Assembly: GCF_001194135.2 (NCBI RefSeq)
Contig: NC_068982.1
Span: 108,873,161 to 108,911,072, forward strand
Origin: Octopus bimaculoides
Lineage: Eukaryota
Direction of reading: 5' to 3'
Length of the DNA: 37,912 nucleotides
Shown here in pieces: positions 24,401 through 31,755 of the stretch. Made by a program: the position numbers and the translations under genes. The notes beneath the pieces are model-generated. The model saw only the letters and a program-made list of their open reading frames with translations, ran no database searches and had not been told where the DNA came from. Numbering within the stretch: position 1 is the stretch's first letter; each line of letters opens with the position of its first letter.

Positions 24401-26846
24401 TGGAGGCCCTGTAAAAGCACATGGGCTCTACCATCACTTCTGATAAAAAAAAATCTCACCATCATTTTTCATTTTAAGTTATTAATTTTTGTATTTTAAC
24501 ACAAGCCTTTCCTGTAAAGGCATGTGTTAAAATTACTGATTGAATCAACCTAAGTATATTACTGTTATTTATTTGAGTAACTTTGAAATCATGAATAATG
24601 AAATTGATTTCAGTTTAATTTTAACACAGAAATATTATGGGTCATCATACAGAATACCATGTGGCTTCTTGTGCCAAAATCATCTTCACATCTTCACTTT
24701 ATTAACAAAAGTAGTGAAATGGCATGTAGCAGATCTTCTTTTATTTGTTTCAGTTTTTGTAGCAGATGTTCTTTTATTTGTTTTGTGATCATGTGTATAC
24801 TGTAGTCTATGATTTTGTCAGGGGCAGGAATAAAGAGCCAACGTGAAATTTTGCGTTAAGCTTGGGAAGTTTGCTACAGACATTGAGCATGCTTCGGCAA
24901 GCTTACAGCAATGAGGCAATGGGTTGTACACAATGTTTCGAATGGCACTGGTGCTTCAAAAGTGAAAGAAAGTCCCTGGAAGTTGATGAGAGATCTGGAA
25001 GACCTGCCATGAGTGTCGCCCATGAAAATGTAGTATTGTGCATTGAGAATTTGTCCCCACCAGGGCCAAATCGTTAGTCAAGAGTTCTACTGTAATGTTT
25101 TGAAGCGTTTGTGGGAGGGCATTCAGCAAAAATGACTGGATCTGTGGAGCATGAAGAATTGGATTCTTCACTGAGCTCTCCTCACTCGTGAGTTTCTCAC
25201 CAAAAGCAACATGGTATCACTTCTGCACCCACTCTATTCAGCTAATTTAGCACCTGCAGACTTCCATCTCCTCCCCAAGATGAAAAGTCAGCTCAAAGGT
25301 CACCATTTTAACTCTGTTGTTGAGATCCAGAGCGAATTGCAGAAGGTCCTTGACACACAGAAAAACAATTTCCAGGCTGGATTCCAAAAGGATTCCCAGG
25401 AATACTGGGACTGTTGTATTGCTATGCAAGGTGACTATTTCAAAGGAGATGATTTGAAAACTTAGGTAAATAAGTTATTTTTTATTAAACATAATTAGTC
25501 CGGAAACCTTGCTCAAGGTACCGTGCAGTGGGACTGAACCTGGAACTTTCTAATCTGACTAAGATACAGAGATTCTATTTCTGGTTAATTTTTTCACAGT
25601 GATGGTAGTGCTGGTGGTTGATGTTTGGTTATTAATAATGCATACAGTTAGGAATCAAACTTCTTACCATACAGTCATGTCTGCACCTACTAAAATCTAC
25701 CAGATATTAGGGTCTGTCAGTAAATATAGATTTGAAAGAATTTAATGAATGTTAAGATTGTATTCTGAGAAGTTTGGTGTGAAAATTTAAATGTATTTGT
25801 AGGTTCTTGATATGATTACACCTCCCTATACTGCTGAGTTTGTCCAGTTACTGTTACCTCTCATTGAAAATGAAGATATCACAGGTTCTTTAAAAGTTGA
25901 AGATGGAACTGATCCAGTCACAGAATTTATTGGTAAGTTATTTCTGAGTGATATTCTCCTAAATAGTTTTGACTGCTATTAAATAAATGATATCTTTATT
26001 ATATCAGATACAGAGACTTATTTGTGTGAGATAGAGAAATTTATGTTGGTGCATGTTAGTGTGTATTTGTGTGTATGTGTTGTTGTTGTTTAGCCCAGCT
26101 ATCCTTGGCAAAGAGGCCTTCCAGTCACATTTTGTCTTCTATTCAGGTGTGCATTCTCCTTTTAAAATAGTTGTGTGTCATTTGAAGGAGATATGGCTTC
26201 TATTTCTAGCAGGTCATGTTACCACATAGAGTGCATTGATTCAAGTATATATGTGTATATGTGTTACAATTAATGGTGCCTGACTTCATGAGTTTGTGAC
26301 TCTCTCAATGTATTACTTGATTTGATGAATGTCCTAAGTCAACGAGTGTATGAAACCTAATTTTGGAAGAATATTCTGCTAGTTAGTTCCATTACTTAAA
26401 GTTCTCATGTTGACCAATTTTGATAAAACGATTTTCTTTATCAATTATGGTTTTAAAAGCTACCAACTTTCATGGAATTGAAACAAAAATCAATACAAAA
26501 TCTTTATTTTACTCGGTTTGCATTCCAAAGTTTACATTGTTAGTATTTGAGTAATGGATATATGTGACATTTTACTTATAAACTCACATGAACTTTTAAT
26601 TCCTCTTTTTTATCAGAAATCTTATAGATTAAATCTTTACAATCTATAAATCCAACAATTACTTGGGATTCATAATGTAGAATCTCAGGAAATTTAAAAA
26701 CTAACCATCAAATTTTTAAATAATAAATTTGTGAAAAAAATTACTTTCAGTAAGACTTGTGTTTATTTTTTATGTTACTTCTTAATTTTCTATGCATATT
26801 TTCTTCTTCAGCTCACTGCCGGTCAAATTACATCATGGTAACGTGA
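659..26846 (+). CDS. NELFCD: Negative elongation factor C/D (NELF-C/D, TH1-like), spliced gene, 5'-partial, 14 coding exons
   Basis: The 14 exons join in frame through GT-AG introns: 1570 nt, 522 aa plus TGA. Translated motifs ([93 protein letters not shown]) match the NELF-C/D sequence as I recall it. Confidence 0.97.
1647..1757 (-). mobile_element. Young RTE 3'-end repeat, short
   Basis: Begins (CAT)n-CGTTTAACGTCCGCTTTCCATGCTAGCATGGG. Confidence 0.85.
1768..1848 (+). mobile_element. RTE reverse-transcriptase fragment [27 protein letters not shown]
   Basis: Direct translation. It overlaps and extends the motif at which the 9.7-kb copy breaks off. Confidence 0.8.
1859..1895. repeat. (TA)n microsatellite
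   Basis: Seen directly, next to the gap 1849-1858. Confidence 0.95.
1967..2076 (+). CDS. NELFCD: NELFCD exon b: (G)[36 protein letters not shown]
   Basis: Acceptor tcatag|, donor |gtacat, 110 nt. Confidence 0.95.
2391..2498 (+). CDS. NELFCD: NELFCD exon c: [36 protein letters not shown]
   Basis: Acceptor ttctgcag|, donor |gtaaga, 108 nt. Confidence 0.95.
2948..3251 (+). mobile_element. Young RTE 3'-end repeat
   Basis: Same consensus, (GAT)n tail. Confidence 0.85.
3295..3432 (+). mobile_element. Degenerate RTE 3'-end repeat
   Basis: Contains CCAGCTGTAGAAACC and ends GGACGTTAAATGATGAG. Confidence 0.6.
3947..4175 (-). mobile_element. Older RTE 3'-end repeat
   Basis: (CAT)n start; GGCTGGATGCCCTTCCTAATGCC core. 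Confidence 0.75.
4705..4857 (+). CDS. NELFCD: NELFCD exon d: [51 protein letters not shown]
   Basis: Acceptor tttcaag|, donor |gtaaaa, 153 nt. Overlaps track ORF 4705..4887. Confidence 0.96.
4958..5292 (-). mobile_element. RTE 3'-end repeat with three ~65-bp internal units
   Basis: Tail plus three GTGCCAC..GCAC..CCAGTCAG units. Confidence 0.8.
5385..5530 (+). mobile_element. Third SINE-like family (second copy near 30465-30600)
   Basis: Shared TGTGT(C/T)CTTGAGC(G/A)AG...TTTAAC...C(T)ATTCAGCTG / CTACTCAACTG. Confidence 0.5.
6329..6435 (-). mobile_element. Short RTE endonuclease fragment
   Basis: Homologous to 35972-36060. The minus strand reads [28 protein letters not shown]. Confidence 0.7.
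6835..6965 (+). CDS. NELFCD: NELFCD exon e: [43 protein letters not shown](R)
   Basis: Acceptor tttaag|, donor |gtaata, 131 nt. Confidence 0.95.
7592..7804 (+). mobile_element. TTAA-flanked MITE (piggyBac-like)
   Basis: TCAACCTTTTAGCATT ... AATGCTAAAGGATTAA inverted ends; homologous to 28925-29146. Confidence 0.65.
7967..8087 (+). CDS. NELFCD: NELFCD exon f: [40 protein letters not shown]
   Basis: Acceptor ttccag|, donor |gtaagt, 121 nt. Confidence 0.95.
8293..8337 (-). mobile_element. RTE 3' tail fragment cut by an N gap
   Basis: (CAT)n-TTAATATCCG...GGTTTGACAGGAGCTGG. Confidence 0.55.
8429..8700 (+). mobile_element. tRNA-headed SINE (head type A)
   Basis: Head AAGAAGCTTGCTT...GGTTTCAGTCTCACT...GCAAGTGTCTTCTA...AAAGCCTT; recurs eight times in the window. 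Confidence 0.7.
9135..9216 (-). mobile_element. Older RTE 3'-UTR fragment abutting the 5' end of the + strand LINE
   Basis: GCACCAGGCTCC...CTGGATGCTCTTCCTAACACCAACCAC. Confidence 0.65.
9215..10694 (+). mobile_element. 5'-truncated, internally deleted RTE-clade LINE (ORF remnant, 3' UTR, (GAT)n tail)
   Basis: Translates to [64 protein letters not shown] and [21 protein letters not shown]...EKTRQAK* (stop near 10092). It continues across the N gap into the common repeat ending GGACGTTAAACGACGATGATG. Confidence 0.9.
10154..10397. other. Assembly gap (others: 1849-1858, 8338-8404, 12059-12627)
   Basis: Runs of N. Confidence 1.
10766..10832 (+). CDS. NELFCD: NELFCD exon g: [22 protein letters not shown]
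   Basis: Acceptor taacag|, donor |gtaagt, 67 nt. Confidence 0.94.
11001..11187 (-). mobile_element. SINE head B plus Nin-like body (further copies near 14085-14210, 23190-23295, 32865-33000)
   Basis: TGGTACTTATTTTATTGAC...AAAGGATGAAAGGCAAAGTCAACC...GAATTTGAATTCAG. Confidence 0.7.
11250..11665. repeat. Purine-rich low-complexity block (similar blocks 20250-20385 and 20760-21000; pyrimidine-rich 31780-32370)
   Basis: Strong strand skew, very few C on the + strand. Confidence 0.6.
11676..12968 (+). mobile_element. Non-autonomous Helitron/Helentron-like element (contains a 569-N gap)
   Basis: 5' ACTAG followed by the hairpin ACCCGG-ctttgc-CCGGGT; 3' AAATTTGAATGAAATTGG...(CA)n(GACA)n...CATTTTTATATATATAGAT. 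Architecture recalled from Lep1/DINE-1-type elements; no TSD seen. Confidence 0.6.
12972..13010 (+). mobile_element. Possible solo Tc1/mariner-type TIR (TA-CAGGGTGAGCCAAAAGTC)
   Basis: Motif only; no partner end found. Confidence 0.25.
13609..14000 (-). mobile_element. SINE: head A, (CA)n, RTE-like tail
   Basis: Head at 13830-14000; CAGCTGAATGCCTTTCC tail at left. Confidence 0.7.
14592..15010 (-). mobile_element. Old-subfamily RTE-tailed repeat with purine-rich upstream part
   Basis: Shares the tail core; its upstream part resembles 19888-20250 and 35100-35500. Confidence 0.65.
15112..15227 (+). CDS. NELFCD: NELFCD exon h: (E)[38 protein letters not shown]
   Basis: Acceptor tttcag|, donor |gtgagt, 116 nt. 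Confidence 0.95.
16306..16442 (+). CDS. NELFCD: NELFCD exon i: [45 protein letters not shown](R)
   Basis: Acceptor tttaag|, donor |gtaaat, 137 nt. Confidence 0.95.
16540..16800 (-). mobile_element. Degraded CR1/L2-group LINE C-terminal fragment
   Basis: Minus strand [13 protein letters not shown]...LNYLSSLCF loosely resembles the YY..LCS.ELAS...LWNSLP..VFP tail. Confidence 0.3.
17306..17670 (-). mobile_element. RTE 3'-end repeat
   Basis: (CAT)n-TTAACGTCCGCTTTCCATGCTAGC consensus. Confidence 0.85.
18149..18586 (-). mobile_element. SINE: head A, long (CA)n, (CAT)n tail
   Basis: Same architecture as 13609-14000. Confidence 0.7.
18368..18415. repeat. (CA)n microsatellite
   Basis: Seen directly. 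Confidence 0.95.
18586..18800 (-). mobile_element. Older RTE 3'-end repeat
   Basis: Core GGCTGGATGCCCTTCCTAATGCCAACCAC. Confidence 0.7.
19161..19275 (+). CDS. NELFCD: NELFCD exon j: [38 protein letters not shown]
   Basis: Acceptor caacag|, donor |gtaatt, 115 nt. Confidence 0.95.
19888..20250 (-). mobile_element. Old-subfamily RTE-tailed repeat, degraded
   Basis: Similar to 14592-15010 (GTGGTGACAAGGTATCA shared). Confidence 0.55.
20386..20760 (-). mobile_element. Young SINE: head A plus ATAAGTAC/GGGGTCGAT body (Nin-domain-like)
   Basis: CpG-rich, little decayed. The minus strand reads GATAGAATAAGTACTAGG...GGGGTCGATTTGCTCGACT...GAAACAAGTAAAAGAG. Confidence 0.75.
21335..21498 (+). mobile_element. 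Older RTE 3'-end repeat
   Basis: GGTTGGTGTTAGGAAGGGCATCCAGC...GTTAAATGATGATG. Confidence 0.7.
21737..21832 (+). CDS. NELFCD: NELFCD exon k: [32 protein letters not shown]
   Basis: Acceptor ccacag|, donor |gtaagt, 96 nt. Confidence 0.94.
22135..22275 (+). CDS. NELFCD: NELFCD exon l: [47 protein letters not shown]
   Basis: Acceptor cttcag|, donor |gtatgt, 141 nt. Confidence 0.96.
22320..22740 (+). mobile_element. SINE dimer: head B with Nin-like body, then head B with body X
   Basis: AGTTCAAATCCCACC...CTTTCATCCTTT, followed by a body homologous to 24245-24440. Confidence 0.55.
23024..23185 (+). mobile_element. SINE head A copy
   Basis: GTGGTTAAGAAGTTTGCTTCCCAGC...CTATAGCCCCAGGCCCACCAAAGC. 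Confidence 0.7.
24030..24440 (+). mobile_element. SINE dimer: head B with Nin-like body, then head B with body X
   Basis: Same order as 22320-22740. Shared ACTTAATCCATTGC, AGGTCAGGTT and ACCAGT..GAGGC motifs. Confidence 0.55.
24828..25508 (+). mobile_element. Mariner transposase pseudogene, internally deleted, both ends truncated
   Basis: [48 protein letters not shown] and GDYFKGD* motifs; partial 3' TIR AGTCCGGAAAC. Confidence 0.85.
25508..25690 (-). mobile_element. SINE head A fragment interrupted by a 100-bp templated insert
   Basis: GTGCAGTGGGACTGAACCTGGAAC [insert] CAGTTAGGAATCAAACTTCTTACCATACAG. Confidence 0.75.
25803..25932 (+). CDS. NELFCD: NELFCD exon m: [43 protein letters not shown]
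   Basis: Acceptor ttgtag|, donor |gtaagt, 130 nt. Confidence 0.95.
26078..26235 (-). mobile_element. (AAC)n-tailed short repeat family (other pieces near 15715, 16036-16112, 23305-23395, 32768, 33612-33820)
   Basis: Shared G(A/G)GATTTGGCTGCTATTTCTAGCAGGT motif and a GTTGTTGTTTAGCCC end. Confidence 0.55.
26812..26846 (+). CDS. NELFCD: NELFCD terminal coding exon n: (A)[10 protein letters not shown]
   Basis: Acceptor cttcag|, TGA at 26844-26846. Matches the family C-terminus (AHCKSNFIMVN-like). Confidence 0.94.
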
Positions 26847-26915
26847 AAGATAATTTACCTAGTGGTAGTTAAAGGATGAGCATGAACTGGATTTCAAGAT
26901 AAACAAATGTCAGAA

Positions 26916-26921
26916 AATAAA
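26916..26921 (+). promoter_or_regulatory. Candidate polyadenylation signal (AATAAA) for NELFCD
   Basis: First AATAAA after the stop, 70 nt downstream. The hexamer is common in AT-rich DNA. Confidence 0.35.
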
Positions 26922-27717
26922 GCCGAACATAATGCCTTCTCTGAAGCCATTCATATCCATTGCAACAGAAATATCTGGAAAAATGTCAGTCTCTACTTAA
27001 CATCACTGGATAGCTGATTAGAAAAATACTAAATGTCTATGTTACATCGTTTGGAAAATTGACCAGTTTGATCATTATTGAGAATAATGATATTTTACCT
27101 CAAATATTTCTATTTTACTGTCAATTTAGTAAAAACAGAATCTTGGTTTCTATACTTTCTAATCTGACTGTAAGATACAGAGATTCTGTTTCTGGTTAAT
27201 TTTTTCACAGTGGTGGTAGTGTCGGTGGTTGATGTTTGGTTATTAATAATTCATAATGTTGTTTTTAATTTTTGTGAGTCCCTTATTAATTGGTTTATGC
27301 AAATAGTAAAAATCTAATAGTGATTTAAAATTTAGTTTAAATGAACTATTTTTGCCTGCCTGTTGTGTTTCTTTTTTTTTTTTTGTTACTGTGTGAAATA
27401 TAATTTTAATTCTTTAGAATTAGAATAGAATTATGATGCTATTTAAATCAATAGTTAACAAATAGTCTCTTATTTAAATAGCAACTACAGTGATGGTCAT
27501 GTTTATGATCTTGTGCATACATTAACTCCTGGTATTCTGATTGTTATAAGATTGAAAATTAGTAACTACAACTTAAGCCGGAAAATATGTCTCAATTCTT
27601 CAAGGGACCAACATTTGAAGTCTTTAGATTTGTTTCTGAGGACTGTACATATTTAAACTGTTATAAGTTTTTACATTCATTCCATTATTAGCTTTAGAAA
27701 AGTGTAGCCTCTGATGC

Positions 27718-27758
<41 letters not shown>

Positions 27759-27781
27759 TTCTCTCTGACACACACACACAC
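27718..27781. repeat. Compound (CTGT)n-(CT)n-(CA)n microsatellite
   Basis: Seen directly. Confidence 0.9.
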
Positions 27782-28221
27782 AGAGCAGAGAACCAATCTT
27801 AATTTTATCTGAAACTTTGTAATCAGGGGTGTGAATGGTTCAGTTGATGTTAAATCATATGAGAAATAGATTCAAATATCATGAAAAAAATACTGAGCTA
27901 TGAATATGAGAAGTACTGTTAAGCATCATGAGTAATTCAGCTAACGTTTAAACTATATTGGTATTTTGTATTCAATTCCGTTTTCCTTCTTGATAAATCT
28001 ATGGAGACCTATAGTGTTATGGATTATCTCATCAAATCAATGTTGCTGTTCTTCCTGATGTCTGTCTTCAGCTGTAGGTACTTGTCCCTCATTTGTTGTA
28101 TTTTGACTCTAATTTTCTCTTCTATAAGGGACCTTTATCATAAAACTACCAATACTCATTGCTACATCCACATCCTAATGTGCTATTGCCTGTGTGATGT
28201 CACTGATCTGATCAACTATCA

Positions 28222-28259
28222 TTATTTCATCCAAAACTCAAAAACAATACATCTGATAT
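28222..28259 (-). CDS. Candidate terminal exon of an unidentified convergent gene: (D)IRCIVFEFWMK*
   Basis: Minus strand T-rich tract ending ttattttccag|. The phase-1 frame ends TAA-TGA-TAG and is phase-compatible with 34161-34211. Confidence 0.3.
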
Positions 28260-28420
28260 CTGGAAAATAAATTATTTTTACATTAAAAAGAACAAAAACC
28301 TAACAACTTCATATTTTGTGTTTTCTCTCTATTTATTCTCATGTGTTCCATGTTTTCTCTGACTTACAAAATATTTAAAACAAGTTTGTATCAGTTCTCT
28401 ATAATCTAGGTACAGCGAAA

Positions 28421-28785
28421 GCAAAATCAGGATGGCACCTGTGCCCAGCGTCACCTTTCTGGCACTTGTGCCCGTGACATGTGTAACGATTTTCGAGCGA
28501 GATCGTTGCCAGTGCCCCTGGACTGGCTCTTGTGCAGGTGGCACATAAAATACACCATTTTGAGTGTGGCCGTTGCCAGTACCGCCTGACTGGCCTTCGT
28601 GCGGATGACACGTAAAAGCACCTACTACACTCTCTGAGTGGTTGACGTTAGGAAGTGCATCCAGCTGTAGAAACTCTGCCAAATCAGATTGGAGCCTGGT
28701 GTAGCCATCTGGTTTCACCAGTCCTCAGTCAAATCGTCCAACCCATGCTAGCATGGAAAGCGGACGTTAAACGATGATGATGATG
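28421..28785 (+). mobile_element. Young RTE 3'-end repeat (two internal units)
   Basis: Consensus match with (GAT)n tail. Confidence 0.85.
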
Positions 28786-28924
28786 TTATTGGGAATAAAA
28801 AAGCATTCTTCATAAAACTCCAGTTCCTATTAACTTTAACTGCCATAGTATTGACTAATGTTAAATCTACATGTCCACATGCATTTTGAAAAAGAAAAAC
28901 TGTGCATTGATTGATACTTAAGAT

Positions 28925-29146
28925 TTAACACTTCAGCATTTCTCTGTTAAATGTGATGTTTATTTATCCACACTATTTGGAATTTATCATGCACTATCTC
29001 AGAGTTTAGAGATTTTGATGATGTGATTGTTTATTTTTAGAATAACATTGTAGGGCATGTATGAGAAGCCAAATCTGGCTGGTTTAAAGATAAAACTGGT
29101 GGAATATTTTGGGTGGATATAGCCAGTTTAAATACTAAAGGATTAA
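28925..29146 (-). mobile_element. TTAA-flanked MITE, second copy in opposite orientation
   Basis: TTAACACTTCAGCATT ... AATACTAAAGGATTAA; reverse-complement match to 7592-7804. Confidence 0.65.
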
Positions 29147-29450
29147 TCTTCAAAAACACTAGTTAATTTTTTTTTTTTTAACCCACTCTCTCCTGAGATT
29201 TTCAAAGCTGAGAATAAATATTTTCTCTTCCTCTACACTGTCAGCAATCTTTTTCAGAAATTACTAAAAAATCTATTCAAGTAAAATTAAATGAACTCCA
29301 TTTAACAAAAGCATGCCAGTTATTTTCTTTTAAAATTGTTTCATATGGCATAGAAAAATTTATGTTAAAAAATATTTATGGGCTCAATTAATATCGAGAA
29401 AGGAAAAAGTCAAACACACTGATGTAAGATTAGTAATATAAAGTGCATAT

Positions 29451-30328
29451 TATGAGGTCTGACCAATAAGTATCCGGACTATTGCCATAGCAACAAAGCT
29501 AAAGCATGCAGAGTGAAGCCACTTGGTACAGATTGACCTTGAACTCTGCTGTGCATGCACATTGCTCTAACATTCTAGTTCACTTCCGCTGTTTACAGCA
29601 GTGCTTGGAAGGAAGGTTTTTAGCATGTGATTGTCGTGTTGACTTTAACAGAGAAAGTTGTCATGATGATACCTGCTCAGATGCCTATGCAAAGTTGCAG
29701 AAAGTGTATGGAGAGGAGTGTATGAGCTGCACACAAGTGTATGAGTGGTTCAGACGTTTCCAAGATAGCCGAAAAAATGTCGATATTGTCGAACATTCTG
29801 GGAGACCTGCAACCAGCAGAACTGAGAAAAACATCACAGATATGCATGCAGCTGTAAGGGGAAATTGTTGAGTCACTATCTGTGAGTTATCAGAGGATGT
29901 GCAGATTAGTTACAGTTCAGTTCAGTCCATTATCACTGAAGATTTGAGTATGAGATATGTTTCTTCCAAAACTGCTTTCAGCTGACCAAAAAGACTTTCA
30001 GGTTTCAGTTGCACAAGATCTTGATTGTGTCAAGAACAAAAACTTATTGAAAACTTTGCGTAGGCCTCTGATCAGGTATCGCCAAGCTTTTGGCAAAATT
30101 TGATGCAGATTCTCTGCTCAAGTTTCTCTGTCTTGGTCAATGTGTTGATCACACGCTACACACCTTCCTTCAAAGCACTGCTGTAAACAGCAGATGTGAG
30201 CTAGAATGTTAAAACTTAGTGTGCATGCCCAGCAGAGTTCAAGGTCAATCTGTGCCAAGCGGCTTCACTCTGTGCTTTAGCTTCATTACTATAACAATAG
30301 TCCAGATACTTATTGATCAGACCACATA
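29451..30328 (+). mobile_element. Non-autonomous mariner with ~165-bp terminal inverted repeats
   Basis: TA at both ends. Arms 29453-29617 and 30161-30326 are reverse-complementary; the interior encodes YAKLQKVYGEECMSCTQVYEWFRRFQ...HSGRP (transposase HTH). Confidence 0.88.
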
Positions 30329-30901
30329 TACCAATTGTGTGAAAAAAATCTGATGAATTTCTGCATCACCTTCTTAATATAAATTACTTGTTCCTGTCTT
30401 TTAAAGATGTTTTATTTAGCAGTTTTCTGTTGAAGTGTACTTTGTGTGTATATTGGTGGTAACACCTGGCCTACTAGTTAGGAGTGTTCAGCTCACGACC
30501 TAGGTTCATTTCCTGGACTAGGTAATGCTTTGTGTTCTTGAGCAAGTGACTTCATTTTAACTGTTCCTATCTACTCAACTGATGTAGCCTTTTCTCTCTT
30601 TAGTTGTCACATCCTGGTAAGGCTGAGAGGATGTCTGTCAGCCAGTGACTACACAGACTGAATCATGTACAACAATTTGCTGAATCATGTACATGTTTCC
30701 AAGCCATATTCACTTGTGAGTGATGACTGGTTCTATTGTATACAGTGCTATTCTTATACATTAACCTTCCTCCTTTCAGAAGTAATAAAAATACTATTTT
30801 ATAAAAAAAATGTTTGTCAGGGACTGTAGAATTAACATAAGTTTTTAATTGTGGACTAGATTAGCAAAATGTATAACCTTTTTTCTAAAGTAATATTTTA
30901 C

Positions 30902-30949
30902 CCATCCTCTATGAATTTTACAATTTCTTTTAAAGAATTTTGCATTCTT
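30902..30949 (-). other. Exon-like 48-nt segment (KNAKFFKRNCKIHRGW or RMQNSLKEIVKFIEDG)
   Basis: Minus strand ctgac...ttggttcatacag| and |gtaaaa. Open in phases 0 and 2 but not 1, so it cannot be chained directly after 34161-34211. Confidence 0.2.
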
Positions 30950-31166
30950 CTGTATGAACCAAAAGATTTTTTATGTCAGCTTCTCAGTTGAAAGAATGCA
31001 TTTTAAAGAATCAATTATGATAATAAGGACTGAATGTGCCAGTGTGTTACACACAAATAATAGATTTCATTGATCTCAGTTATCTATCTTCCTACATAGT
31101 ATCCTATTTGTCAATATTGTTATCACACTTTTTCTCTCTCTCACTTATGTATGTAATATATATATA

Positions 31167-31384
31167 TATGAGGGGTTACTGAAAAATTCCTGGCTTTAAG
31201 AGTATTGTAAAAGGCTTGGTTGAAGGCCCAACCTTTGAAGTTCTTTTACAGGGCTTAGAAAAACTGAAGGTTTACTGCAATAAGTTTGTGAATCTGAGAG
31301 GAGAACATGTTGAATAAAATCATAATTAACTGATCCTGTATTTTCTTTTAACCAAAGCCAGGATCTTTTCAACACCCCCTCAAA
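31167..31384 (+). mobile_element. Mariner-derived MITE (~215 bp)
   Basis: TIRs TGAGGGGTTACTGAAAAATTCCTGGCTTT / AAAGCCAGGATCTTTTCAACACCCCCTCA; the interior reads GLEKLKVYCNKFVNLRGEHVE* (transposase C-terminus). Confidence 0.8.
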
Positions 31385-31394
31385 TATATAGAGA

Positions 31395-31755
31395 CACAGG
31401 TGTGGCTGCATGGTAAGAAGCTTGCTTCCAACTACTTGGTTCAAGTTTCAGTCCCACTGCATGGCAACTTGGGTAAGTGGTTTCTACTATAGCCTTGAGG
31501 CAACCAAAGTCTTGTGAGTGGATTTGGTAGAGGGAAACTGAAAGAAGCTTGTCGTATATATATACATATATATATATGTATATATCTGTGTGTGTGTGTA
31601 GTACCTGTATTTTAAAGGACCACACTTTCTGTGTTCTATGTTTAAGGGTATGCATGTCTCTGGAGTGCTCACCACTTGCATGTTAATTTCACAAGTAAGT
31701 TGCTCTGTTAATCAGATCAACTGGAACTCTCATCATCATAACCAACAGTGCCAGT
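31395..31755 (+). mobile_element. SINE head A with microsatellite and body
   Basis: TGGTAAGAAGCTTGCTTCC...GGATTTGGTAGAGGGAAACTGAAAGAAGC. Confidence 0.75.

Noticed and set aside
769-26811. Minor (U12) or non-canonical introns in NELFCD
   Set aside because: All 13 donors are ordinary GT(A/G); none has GTATCCT.
28000-28260. Selenoprotein or read-through reading of the minus-strand segment, and the + strand 89-aa ORF
   Set aside because: The stops include TAG and TAA in all minus frames and I saw no SECIS-like stem; the + ORF has no recognisable motif.
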